DNA of 64,000 nt, from positions 113,188 through 177,187 of the forward strand of contig CAWGQQ010000002.1 in the NCBI GenBank assembly GCA_963824865.1, in the 5' to 3' direction. Positions within the stretch are counted from its first letter, which is position 1. Each line of letters starts with the position of its first letter. The translations under genes were made by a program, and so were the position numbers. The stretch is from an uncultured Actinomycetes bacterium (lineage in GTDB: Bacteria; Actinomycetota; Thermoleophilia; Solirubrobacterales; 70-9). Below the pieces are notes generated by a model that was given only the letters and a program-made list of their open reading frames with translations, was not told the DNA's origin and searched no databases. Below, one piece after another: positions 28,839-37,713 of the stretch.

Positions 28839-30077
28839 GTGACTCTGCTGGCACGGTGGGATTCTCGCAGCCGGGTCGGTGGATGGGCGGGATATGCTCG
28901 GCCCGTGGCGCGGCCAGCGACCAGCCAGGCTCGTGGCGGGACCGCCGAGGTGATCGCCGACCCCCACCGCCTGGCCGAGATCGAGCCGGAGTGGCGGTCC
29001 CTCGCGGAGCGGCGGGGCAACGCGTTCCTGACCCCGGAGTGGTATTTCGCCTGGCTGCGAACGTACGGCGCCCACGCCGATCCGGCGGTGATCGCAGTCG
29101 GCGACGCGGCCGGCGATCTGCGGGGCGTCGTGCCCCTGGCCCGAGATCAGGCGGCGCGGCCGAGGTCACTCAGGTTCGGCGGCGCCAACCTCGCCGATCA
29201 CCTTCACCCGGTCGCCGCGGGCGTCGACGAGGAGGGGGTCGCGGCGGCCGCGGGCGCCAGGCTGGGCGCCGAGGTTTCGGGCTGGAGCGCGATCGTCCTC
29301 GACAATGTCGATGTCGATGCCGGCTGGTGGCGGGCCATGATGTCCGCCGCCCCCCTGTCGCTCGCGGCTGTCTCCTACCGTCAGACGACCCTGCCATGGA
29401 TCGAGCTGCCCTCTAGCTGGGAGGCCTACCTGGCGAGCCGCAGCCGCAACCTCCGCAGCCAGCTCGGCAGGAAGCTGCGGGCTCTCGAGCGCGACCACGA
29501 GGTGCGTTTCCGTCGCACGCAAACCGCTGCGGAGCTGGGGAGAGACCTGGAGGCGTTCTTCCGTTTGCATTACGCCCGGTGGGAGTCACGCGGGGGCTCG
29601 ACCTCCGCGAGCGAGCGGACGCAGATGTTCCACGCGGACTTCACTGCGGCAGCGCTCGAGCGAGGCTGGTTGCGCCTCTGGCTGATGGAGGTCGACGGTG
29701 AGTCGGTTGCTGCCTGGTACGGGTGGCGCCTGGGAGAGCGCTACTCGTACTACCTCGCCGGATTCGAGCCGCGCTGGTCGGATGCCAGCGTCGGGCTGTT
29801 GCTCTTAGCCCACACCGTGCACGAGGCAATCGGCGAGTCCGCCTCGGTTTACGACCTGCTGCTCGGCGATGAGGCTTACAAGCAACGCTTCGCCACCGCC
29901 GCGCGCCCGGTTGAGACCGTAATCCTGACCCGCTCCTTCCACCCGGTGCGCCTGCTGGTCAGTGCCGAGGCGGCTCTTTGGCGAGCCCACAGGCGGCTCC
30001 CGCCCCGGATCCGCGAGCGGTCCCGGTCACTCGCAGGGGTCGTGAGGAGGCGACTTCCCTCCTTCCGACAGCGCTAG
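28839..30077 (+). CDS. CelD/BioF2-like GNAT acyltransferase (second copy)
   Basis: ..EPEWRSLAERRGNAFLTPEWYFAWLRTYG.., ..FFRLHYARWESRGG.., ..VDGESVAAWYGWRLGERYSYYLAGFEPRWSDASVGLLLLAH... Start uncertain (GTG 28839 or GTG 28950). Confidence 0.68.
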   Translation: MTLLARWDSRSRVGGWAGYARPVARPATSQARGGTAEVIADPHRLAEIEPEWRSLAERRGNAFLTPEWYFAWLRTYGAHADPAVIAVGDAAGDLRGVVPLARDQAARPRSLRFGGANLADHLHPVAAGVDEEGVAAAAGARLGAEVSGWSAIVLDNVDVDAGWWRAMMSAAPLSLAAVSYRQTTLPWIELPSSWEAYLASRSRNLRSQLGRKLRALERDHEVRFRRTQTAAELGRDLEAFFRLHYARWESRGGSTSASERTQMFHADFTAAALERGWLRLWLMEVDGESVAAWYGWRLGERYSYYLAGFEPRWSDASVGLLLLAHTVHEAIGESASVYDLLLGDEAYKQRFATAARPVETVILTRSFHPVRLLVSAEAALWRAHRRLPPRIRERSRSLAGVVRRRLPSFRQR

Positions 30078-31678
30078 CCCTCCAATGGCTGCCGCTCGGC
30101 GGCCTGCGGTGTGCGCTCTCGCTGTGACGGAGGCGCGGGCCGCGGCTGAGGCCCGGCGTAGTAGTGGTAGTCCGACCGACCCGGCCTCGGGGTTCCGACC
30201 ACCGCGAACCCGGCCGGCCTGACGCCGTGCTCGGCGAGCAGCTCCCCAAGCTGGGCGAGCTTCCCGAGGTGGGTCTTGCCGACCCCCGCGACGAGCACAA
30301 CGTCGTCAACGTAGTCGACCAGCGGAAGAGCGTCGATGACGTCTGTCAGGGGAGGAGAGTCGACGATCACGAAATCGGCCAACCGCCGCGCCTCGGCGAC
30401 CAGCTCTCGGGCCGCCGGCAGAGCGAACAGGTCGCTGATCCAGCCTCCCTCGTAGTCGGCCAGCAGGATGCCGAGGTTCGAGCCGAAGGTGGGCGTCGTC
30501 ACGAGCGCTTCCTGGAGCGCGATGCTCTCGACCAGGACGCTCGCGACCCCGTACTTGGACTTGAGGTTGAGTGCCGCACCGATCCCGGGCCGCCGCAGAT
30601 CGGCCTCGATCAGGATCACGTTGTGGCCGGCGGTTGCCAGCGAGGAGGACAGGTTGACGGCGGTCGTCGTCTTCCCCTCGGAGGGAGACGAGCCGGTGAC
30701 CAGGATCGCGTGCGATTGGGAGCCCGAAGCTCGGCGCGAGACCGCCAGCGTCCCTCGAAGCGTCCGGTAGGCCTCGGAGGTCGCCGGCGAGAGCTCGAGA
30801 GGGCCAAGCGGCCTCTCGGTGCGGTTTCGGGGCTGCCGCGGGATGCGGGCCAGGATGGGGAGGCGGTATAGCCGCCTCAGCTGCTCCTCGCGACGCAACC
30901 GGGGGTCGAGGACCTGGAAGGAAAACGCCGCGCCGATACCGAGCACCAACCCGGCGATCAGTCCACCGGCGATGCTGAGCGCCGGGCGGGGCGAGGCCTG
31001 GCGGGTTGGGGGGGTGGCCTTCGTCTCAACGCTCATGCTCGGATTGGGCCCGCTCCGGAGCTGCTCGAGCTGCGCTATCTGGGCCCGGGTTGCGGGATCG
31101 CCGGCCCCCTGCCTGACGCGGGCCTCGAGCACGGGGAGAATCTGGTTGACCCCGGTGTGGAGCTCGTCGGTCCGCTCGGCGACCGCTTCGTTGGCGAAGG
31201 CGTTGGCGAGCTCGGCGGACTCGCTGGGCGAACCGGCCTCCGCCGTAACGGCGACGATGTTGCTCGAGGCGACTGGTTCCGCCGTCACCTTCCCCAGGAG
31301 CTTCTGGGCGCTCAGGGAGGAGTTGAGCGCCTCCTTGACGCGCTCGGCGACGTCCACGTTCTCCACCAGCCGGGACGCCGTCTCCACGTCGCGGGTGGGA
31401 TCGGAGGATCCCTGAATCAACCCCGGCAGCCCGAATGGGGCGGCTTCAGTGGCTTCGTAGGGAGAGATCAGGAGGTCGGCCTCGGCCTCGTACACCTTGT
31501 CCGCCGTGACCACGTAGACGATCGCGACGGTCGTGGTGATCACAACCGCGGCGACCACGATCCAGATCCGCTCGCGCAGGGTCTGGAGGTAGCGGCTTAG
31601 TCCCGCCGCCTCCTCGGGTGGCTGGATCCAGTCGGCCGCGCGCGCACTGCGCTGCTGGGGGCTCAGACCGTCCTCCAT
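30074..31678 (-). CDS. Wzz-type chain-length determinant fused to BY-kinase (tyrosine autokinase)
   Basis: Start MEDGLSPQQ (31678). TM, periplasmic-type coiled region, second TM. Walker A GSSPSEGKTTTAVNLS, A' VILIEADLRRP, B FVIVDSPP; C-terminal Tyr cluster DYHYY. Confidence 0.85.
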   Translation of the reverse strand: MEDGLSPQQRSARAADWIQPPEEAAGLSRYLQTLRERIWIVVAAVVITTTVAIVYVVTADKVYEAEADLLISPYEATEAAPFGLPGLIQGSSDPTRDVETASRLVENVDVAERVKEALNSSLSAQKLLGKVTAEPVASSNIVAVTAEAGSPSESAELANAFANEAVAERTDELHTGVNQILPVLEARVRQGAGDPATRAQIAQLEQLRSGPNPSMSVETKATPPTRQASPRPALSIAGGLIAGLVLGIGAAFSFQVLDPRLRREEQLRRLYRLPILARIPRQPRNRTERPLGPLELSPATSEAYRTLRGTLAVSRRASGSQSHAILVTGSSPSEGKTTTAVNLSSSLATAGHNVILIEADLRRPGIGAALNLKSKYGVASVLVESIALQEALVTTPTFGSNLGILLADYEGGWISDLFALPAARELVAEARRLADFVIVDSPPLTDVIDALPLVDYVDDVVLVAGVGKTHLGKLAQLGELLAEHGVRPAGFAVVGTPRPGRSDYHYYAGPQPRPAPPSQRERTPQAAERQPLEG

Positions 31679-31750
31679 GAGCCCCGCATTGTTGCATTGG
31701 CACCGGGCGCAGCGAGGGACGTGGCGGACGATCTGATCTAGGCTCGCCGG

Positions 31751-32948
31751 GTGCGGCTGGCCGTATATACCGACTACGCCTACCACCGGGTGGGGGGCGA
31801 GGTGTTCGCCGAGCGCGCCTTCGCTCTGTTCCTCGGGCGGCTGTCGGGAGAGTTGGACCGTCTCGTCCTGGTCGGGCGCGAGGCACCTGCGGTCACCGGC
31901 GCCCGCTATGCGGTTGGAGCAGGGGTGGAGCTGGTGTCGCTTCCGTACTACCGCAGGCTGTCCGAGCCCTGGAGCGTGCTGCGCTCTTCGATCTCATCGC
32001 TGGCCAGGTTCTGGCGGGCCCTGCGCGGCGTCGATGGCGTCTGGCTGCTCGGCCCGCACCCACTGGGGATCGCCTTCGCGGCGCTGGCGGCGGTGCGGCG
32101 ACGCAGGGTCGTGCTCGGGGTTCGCCAGGACATACGCGCGTACGTGGAGTCCCGGCACCCGAACCGGCGCTCGCTCCGGCTCGCGGCCGCCGTCCTCGAC
32201 GCGGCGTGGCGCTTGCTGGCCCGCCGGTTCCCCGTGGTGGTGGTCGGCCCCGAGATCGCCACCCACTACGCCCGCGCGACGGCGCTGCTAGAGATCACCG
32301 TCTCGCTGGTCGACCGAGCGCGACCTCGTCCCCGTCGACGCGGCGCTCAGCCGCCCGTATGACGGCGAGCTGCGGGTGATCAGCGTCGGCCGGCTGGAGG
32401 CGGAGAAGAACCCTCTGCTGCTCGCCGACGTGGCGGCCCTGCTGCTCCAGGACGGCGATCGCTGGCGGCTGATCGTCTGCGGCGAAGGCGGGATGCAGGC
32501 GGCGCTCGAAGATCGCCTCCGCGAGCTGGGCGTCGCCGAGCGAGTGGAGCTCCGCGGCTACGTCCCCTACGGGCCCAAGCTCCTCGCCTTGTATCAGGAC
32601 AGCCACGCCTTCTTGCACGTCTCGTGGACCGAGGGCTTTCCGCAGGTGCTGGTGGAGGCGTCCGCCGCCGGCCTGCCGGTGGTCGCGACCGACGTCGGCG
32701 GGGTGGCGGCGGCGGTCGGGGACGCGGTTCGCCTGGTCCCTCCCGGAGATGCCGGCGCCGCGGCGTCCGAGCTCCAGGCGATCGCCGCGGACCGGGGCTT
32801 GAGGGAGGGCCTGATTCGCGCCGGTCACGACTACGCTGCGGCGCGGACCGCGACCGCCGAGGTGAAGCGCGTGGCGGACTTCCTGCGCGGCGCGTCGCCC
32901 CCGGCTACGGGTCGTTCCAGCGGCGATCGGAGAGGGCGAAGAAGCTGA
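31751..32948 (+). CDS. GT4-family glycosyltransferase, one apparent frameshift near 32308-32320
   Basis: VRLAVYTDYAYHRVGGEVFAE.. (ORF 31751..32362), then ..ERDLVPVDAALSRPYDGELRVISVGRLEAEKNP..HVSWTEGFPQVLVEASAAGLPVVATDVGG.. (frame of ORF 32376..32948). Confidence 0.8.
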
Positions 32949-33645
32949 CCTCCTCGAGTCGCGCGAACGCCGCGATCCGCTGAGCGGCGCTGTACAGCGG
33001 GTGGCAGGCCGTGAGCACGAGTCGCTCATAGCCGACCCTGTGGATGATCCCGACGGCGGAATCGTCCACCACCCTGGTCTCCTGGACCCGGTAGGCGAAG
33101 TTGGCGTAGGGCATCTCGATACGGATCTCGTCGCCCTGCTCGAGCTGGTCGAGATGACGAAACGGAGCCAGGTAGGTGGTGCGGTGCCCGGCAATCGCGA
33201 CGGTGCCGCCCTGGCCTGGGAACGGCGTCTCGGGATAGTGCCCCGGGCCCTTCTGAAGACTGGCGGTGTCCGTGCCCTCGACGACGACTACGTCGACGTC
33301 GATGGTCGGGATGCTGAGCCGGCCGATCGCCTCGCCGTTGGGGGCGCGCTTTGCGAACAGGCCGGCGAGGATCTCGACCTTCTTGCGGATCTCCTCGACG
33401 TGCTCGACCTCGCGCAGGTCCGCCCTGGCCGGGAACCTGCCCTCCAGCTCGGCGAGCTCGTCCTCGGCCTCGCCCTGCTGGATCGACCCGTAGACGGTCG
33501 ACACGGGCTCCTTCCAGGCCAGGGTGGTTGCCACGTCCGCGAGCACCACCAGGCCGGCGGTCATCAACGCCACGGAGAGGATGCGAAGCGTACGGCGCAC
33601 GGCGCACAATGATGGCGGACCGGCCGGGCAGCGGCACGTCTTCAC
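32905..33645 (-). CDS. sortase (class E-like)
   Basis: N-terminal TM ..ILSVALMTAGLVVLADV..; ..GPGHYPETPFPGQGGTVAIAGHRTTYLAPF.., catalytic ..LVLTACHP... Start (ATG 33645 or a downstream GTG) uncertain. Confidence 0.85.
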   Translation of the reverse strand: MKTCRCPAGPPSLCAVRRTLRILSVALMTAGLVVLADVATTLAWKEPVSTVYGSIQQGEAEDELAELEGRFPARADLREVEHVEEIRKKVEILAGLFAKRAPNGEAIGRLSIPTIDVDVVVVEGTDTASLQKGPGHYPETPFPGQGGTVAIAGHRTTYLAPFRHLDQLEQGDEIRIEMPYANFAYRVQETRVVDDSAVGIIHRVGYERLVLTACHPLYSAAQRIAAFARLEEVSFFALSDRRWNDP

Positions 33646-34961
33646 CGGGTTGGAGCGTGCGAGACTTCGCGCCCGTGAGCGAGCCTCCCGTGCAGCGGAC
33701 CGCCTCCTATGAGGCCGACCCCGAGCAGGTGGGGCGCGTCCTGCTGCTCTATTCGGGGGGGCTCGACACCTCGGTGATGCTGCGCTGGATCCAGGAGCGC
33801 TACGGAGCCCAGATCGTCACCCTCACCGTCAACCTCGGCCAGCCCGGTGAGGACTGGGACGTGGTGGTGGGCAAGGCGCGCGATCTCGGGGCGCTCGACG
33901 CGGTCGTCGTCGACGCCCGCGAGGAGTTCGCACGCGACTACGTGCTGCCGGCGATCAAGGCCAACGCGCTCTACGGGGGCGGCTACCCCCTGTTCACCGC
34001 GCTCGGGAGGCCGCTGATCGCCAAGCTCGCCGTCGCCGAGGCTCGCCGCGCGGGCTGCGACACGGTCGCCCACGGCTGCACCGGGAAGGGAAACGACCAG
34101 GTGCGGATTGAGGCGACCCTGGCGACGCTCGACCCCGAGCTCCGCGTGATTGCGCCGGTTCGCGAGTGGCGCATGGGGCGTGAGGAGGAGATCGCCTATG
34201 CCCGGGAGCACGGGATCCCGGTCAAGGGCGGCACGGAGGCACCGCCGTACTCGATCGACGACAACCTCTGGGGACGCTCCTCGGAGGGGGGTGCGATCGA
34301 GGATCTGGGCTTGCCGCCCGGCGCCGACGTCTTCGAGCTGGTGACCAGCCCGGAGGACGCCCCCGACCGGCCCGAGCTGGTCCGGGTCGGCTTCGAGCAC
34401 GGCTGTCCCGTGTCCCTGGACGGCCAGCCGCTCGGGCTCGTCGACCTGCTCGAGCGCGCCGCCGAGCTGGGGCGGCGGCACGGGGTCGGGATCGTCGACC
34501 AGATCGAGGATCGCATCGTTGGGCTCAAGGTTCGGGACCTCTACGAGGTGCCGGCGGCGGCGATCGTTCTCACCGCCCATCGCGAGCTCGAGAGGCTCGT
34601 CTCGACCATTCACCAGAACACCTTCAAGCGGGCACTCGAGGACAGGTGGGCGTACCTGTGCTACGCGGGCCTGTGGCACGAGCCGCTGCGTTCGGATCTC
34701 GATGCGTACATGGACTCGGCAAACGAATTGGTCACCGGCGAGGTCACGATGAGGCTCTACAAGGGCTCGGCGACCCCGGTGGCGCGCAGCTCGCCCTACG
34801 CGCTCTACGACCGCTCGCTGGCCTCGTTCGGCGACTCGGGGGGCGACTTCAGCCAGGCGGCAAGCCCGGGGTTCATCGAGCTGTTCACCCTTCAGAGCCG
34901 GATGGCCCACCGGATCCGGGCCCGCGCCTCAGAGGAGCGAGAGCAGAGGGGAGGGGAGTGA
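33609..34961 (+). CDS. argG: argininosuccinate synthase
   Basis: ..VLLLYSGGLDTSVML.., ..AHGCTGKGNDQVR.., ..YSIDDNLWGRS... Start uncertain (ATG 33609 or GTG 33675). Confidence 0.95.
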   Translation: MMADRPGSGTSSPGWSVRDFAPVSEPPVQRTASYEADPEQVGRVLLLYSGGLDTSVMLRWIQERYGAQIVTLTVNLGQPGEDWDVVVGKARDLGALDAVVVDAREEFARDYVLPAIKANALYGGGYPLFTALGRPLIAKLAVAEARRAGCDTVAHGCTGKGNDQVRIEATLATLDPELRVIAPVREWRMGREEEIAYAREHGIPVKGGTEAPPYSIDDNLWGRSSEGGAIEDLGLPPGADVFELVTSPEDAPDRPELVRVGFEHGCPVSLDGQPLGLVDLLERAAELGRRHGVGIVDQIEDRIVGLKVRDLYEVPAAAIVLTAHRELERLVSTIHQNTFKRALEDRWAYLCYAGLWHEPLRSDLDAYMDSANELVTGEVTMRLYKGSATPVARSSPYALYDRSLASFGDSGGDFSQAASPGFIELFTLQSRMAHRIRARASEEREQRGGE

Positions 34962-35113
34962 TGGCAGCGATCTACGAGCTGATCGGTCGCCTCGTCGTGC
35001 GGTTCGTCCGGACGCGCTACCGGCGCCAGATCCGCATCGCGCTCGGCATCGGCATCGCCGGAGTCGTGGCCGGCGCCTATCTGGCGGCGACCCGCGAGCC
35101 ACCCGAGGGCTAG
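34961..35113 (+). CDS. small hydrophobic protein (50 aa), translationally coupled to argG
   Basis: MAAIYELIGRLVVRFVRTRYRRQIRIALGIGIAGVVAGAYLAATREPPEG. TGATG overlap with the argG stop and a GGAGGGGAG purine run just upstream. One predicted TM helix. Confidence 0.4.
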   Translation: MAAIYELIGRLVVRFVRTRYRRQIRIALGIGIAGVVAGAYLAATREPPEG

Positions 35114-35184
35114 TGGCGGTCGGCGCCCGCGCTGCAACACGCATTGCAGCCCCGGCCTCGCCAATGCCGGCTTCATGACTTCCT

Positions 35185-35356
35185 AACGATTCGCTAGGAT
35201 GCCGCCGCTTGACACCGCCGAGCCTCCCGGGTCTTCTCCGGGAGGGCGGGGGAACCACTGAGGCGGCCCAGGCGGCCGGCTTCGGGGCGAGTCGCGGCAA
35301 GCGCCGCGTAGCGCCAGTCCTTCGGCGCGAGCCCGTCAGCTAACCCCGCAGGCAGT
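35185..35356 (+). promoter_or_regulatory. ydaO/yuaA-type c-di-AMP riboswitch
   Basis: Matches the conserved blocks of the B. subtilis ydaO element. AUUCGCU; GGGCGGGGGAACCAC (cf GAGCGGGGGACCCA); GGGGCGAGUC (cf GGGGUGAAUCC); GAGCCCGUCAGCUAACCCCGCAGGC (cf GAACCCGUCAGCUAACCUCGUAAGC). Ends a few nt before the RBS/ATG of an Rpf-like gene. Confidence 0.8.
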
Positions 35357-35361
35357 GAAGG

Positions 35362-36399
35362 ATGGACCGTAGGCATCTGACAAGAGCCGCACGCGCGCAC
35401 GCCCGGGGGCGTTACCGCCGCGTTGGCGTGCTCGCGCTGGCCGCGGGCGCGGTGCTCGCTGTGCCCGCCGCCCAGACCGGCGCCCAGAGCGTCGACGAGC
35501 TGAGCTCCAAGATCGCCTCGGCCGAATCGCAGGCGCAGAGCCTCGGCGCCGAGATCGACGCCAGCGCTTCGCAGCTTGCCGTGGCCCGTTCCGAGGCGGC
35601 CGCTGCCGCGGCGCGAGAGGCCGAGCTCTCCATCGTGCTGGCGCAAGGCCAGGAGCGCGAGGCCCAGCTCGAGGTCAGAGTCCAAGAGACCTCGGCACAG
35701 CTCGCCAGGGCTCGAGCCCGCCTGCGCCGGGCCCTGGGGACGCTCTCGACCCGTCTCGTGTCGATCTACGAGGGCGACGCGCCGGACGCCACCGAGCTGC
35801 TGCTGGACTCGAACGGCTTCGATGACCTTGTCAATCGCGCCGAGCTTCTCGGCCGGATCGAGAGCGCCGATGCGGCGCTCGCCGCCCGGGTGCGCCAGCT
35901 CCGCAACCTGGTCTCGGCGCAGCTCGCCGAGGTGAAACGCGCTCGCGCCGAGGCGGTCGCCTTCAATCAGCGGATCGCTGCCGCCCGCGAAGCGATCGCC
36001 GGCGTTCGCGCCACGGCCGAGGCTCAGGCGGCGCGGCTCGAGCAGGCTCGTGCCGAGCAGGCGGCGGCGCTCTCCAGCCTCCGGTCCCAGGTCGCGACCT
36101 GGGAGGAGCAGGTGCAGCAGGCGCAACAGGTCTCTGCGGCAGAGGCACAGCAGACCGTTTCCAGCTGGTTCGGGGACTGGGCGATCCCGCAGGCGATCGT
36201 GATGTGCGAGTCGGGCGGCAACTTCGGCGCCGTCAATCCGTCCTCCGGCGCCGGTGGCGCCTACCAGATCCTGCCCTCGACCTGGCGCCTGTACGGCGGC
36301 AGCGGCGCTCCACAAGACGCCTCGCCTCAGGAGCAGAGCGCGATCGCCTCGCAGATCTGGGCCGACTCCGGGCCGGGCGCCTGGGTTTGCGCCCAGTAG
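35362..36399 (+). CDS. secreted coiled-coil protein with C-terminal Rpf-like transglycosylase domain
   Basis: Signal/anchor ..VGVLALAAGAVLAVPAAQ.., then ~250 aa of Ala/Glu/Gln/Arg-rich coiled coil. C-terminal ..WAIPQAIVMCESGGNFGAVNPSSGAGGAYQILPSTW..WADSGPGAWVC. Confidence 0.75.
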   Translation: MDRRHLTRAARAHARGRYRRVGVLALAAGAVLAVPAAQTGAQSVDELSSKIASAESQAQSLGAEIDASASQLAVARSEAAAAAAREAELSIVLAQGQEREAQLEVRVQETSAQLARARARLRRALGTLSTRLVSIYEGDAPDATELLLDSNGFDDLVNRAELLGRIESADAALAARVRQLRNLVSAQLAEVKRARAEAVAFNQRIAAAREAIAGVRATAEAQAARLEQARAEQAAALSSLRSQVATWEEQVQQAQQVSAAEAQQTVSSWFGDWAIPQAIVMCESGGNFGAVNPSSGAGGAYQILPSTWRLYGGSGAPQDASPQEQSAIASQIWADSGPGAWVCAQ

Positions 36400-36407
36400 G
36401 GCTGCTC

Positions 36408-37713
36408 TCAACGAGAGGTCTCGGGCGCCTCTAGGCCGCCCGCGCCGGGCGTTCGGGCTGCCGCCGCCCCCGGCAGCACGTCCTCGGGCGAGGGCGCGAG
36501 GTCATCGGGGGGCTCGCCCCTCCAGTCCGCCCGCGAGAGCGCCACGGTGGCGAGGGCCAGGACCGCCAACACGCCGGCCCCCGCGACGACGAAGCTCGTG
36601 CGAGGGCTGAAGACCGCGGCCACCGCGCCCCCGATCACGAATCCCAGCCCCGGCATCGCCGTGCCCAGGGACTCCAGCAGCGAGATCACGCGAGCCTGAT
36701 AGTCGGCGCGGGTCAGCTGCTGGACGGCGGTGATCAGGGCGACCCACTGGATGCCGTTGCCGGCCCCTCCCACGGCCGATGCGACGCAGGCGGCGAAGAG
36801 GGTGGGGGCAGCGCCGGTGGCCAGGTAGGCGCAGCCGATCGCCAGGGTGCTCGCCGGCAGCAGGATCCGAAGCTCGGTGTGCCGCAGGGCCGCGAACGCG
36901 AGCCCGCCGACGACCATGCCGCCCCCCCAGCTCGCCAGCAGCGCGCCATAGCCGGCGTCACCCGCGTCCAGGGTCTCCTTTGCGAACACCACCTCGATCG
37001 GGATCACGACCGCGAAGAAGACGAACGCCATCGCCTGGGCCGTCGAGCAGCAGCCGGAGCTGGCGGTGGGACCTGACGTAGCTCAGTCCCTTGCGCAGCC
37101 GGGTGGTCCACCCAACGGCCTCCGCCTTGGCGCGGGGCAGGCTGGAGGCGGTGGCGAGCAAAAGCGCCACGGCGCCGAAGGAGGCGGCGTCAGCGAACAG
37201 CGCCGTCTCTGGCCCGGCGGTGGCCACGATCACGCCCGCCAGCGCCGGTCCGGCCGCCGCGCTGACCGTGAACTCGATGTTGAGCAGCGCGTTTCCCTCG
37301 CGCAGCAGCCCGTGCGGCGTCAAGACGGTCGCCGCCGCCGCCCTGGTCAGAGTGCGTCCGCAGGCAGCGAGCGTGCCGGCGAGCGTCGCCAACGCGATCA
37401 CGGGCGGGAGGGAGAAGTCGGTGGACAGCACGGCGAGACCGGCGAAGGCCGCCGCCTGCACGACGCTCAGCGCGGGCAGGCTGACGCGGCTGTGGAGCGA
37501 CTCGAGGCGGGCGACCAGCGGCGGCGTGGCCAGGGCCGGCGCGAACTGAAGCCCCACGAAGAGGGCCGCGGTCGCCAGCGGGCTCCCCGTCTGGTCGAAG
37601 ACGAGCAAGGCCAGCGCGATCTCTCCCAGCCAATCGCCCAGCTCGTCGACGAAGCGAGCCAGGGCCAGCCGGCGGAAAGCCGGCAGGCGAAGCGGGCGAA
37701 GGGCGGGGCGCAC
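36408..37713 (-). CDS. MFS transporter (MFS_3/EntS-like), one apparent frameshift near 37040-37065
   Basis: MRPALRPLRLPAFRRLALARFVDELGDWLGEIALALLV.. (ORF 36958..37713) continues as ..STAQAMAFVFFAVVIPIEVVFAKETL.. (ORF 36408..37031). Hydrophobic multi-pass throughout. Confidence 0.75.
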
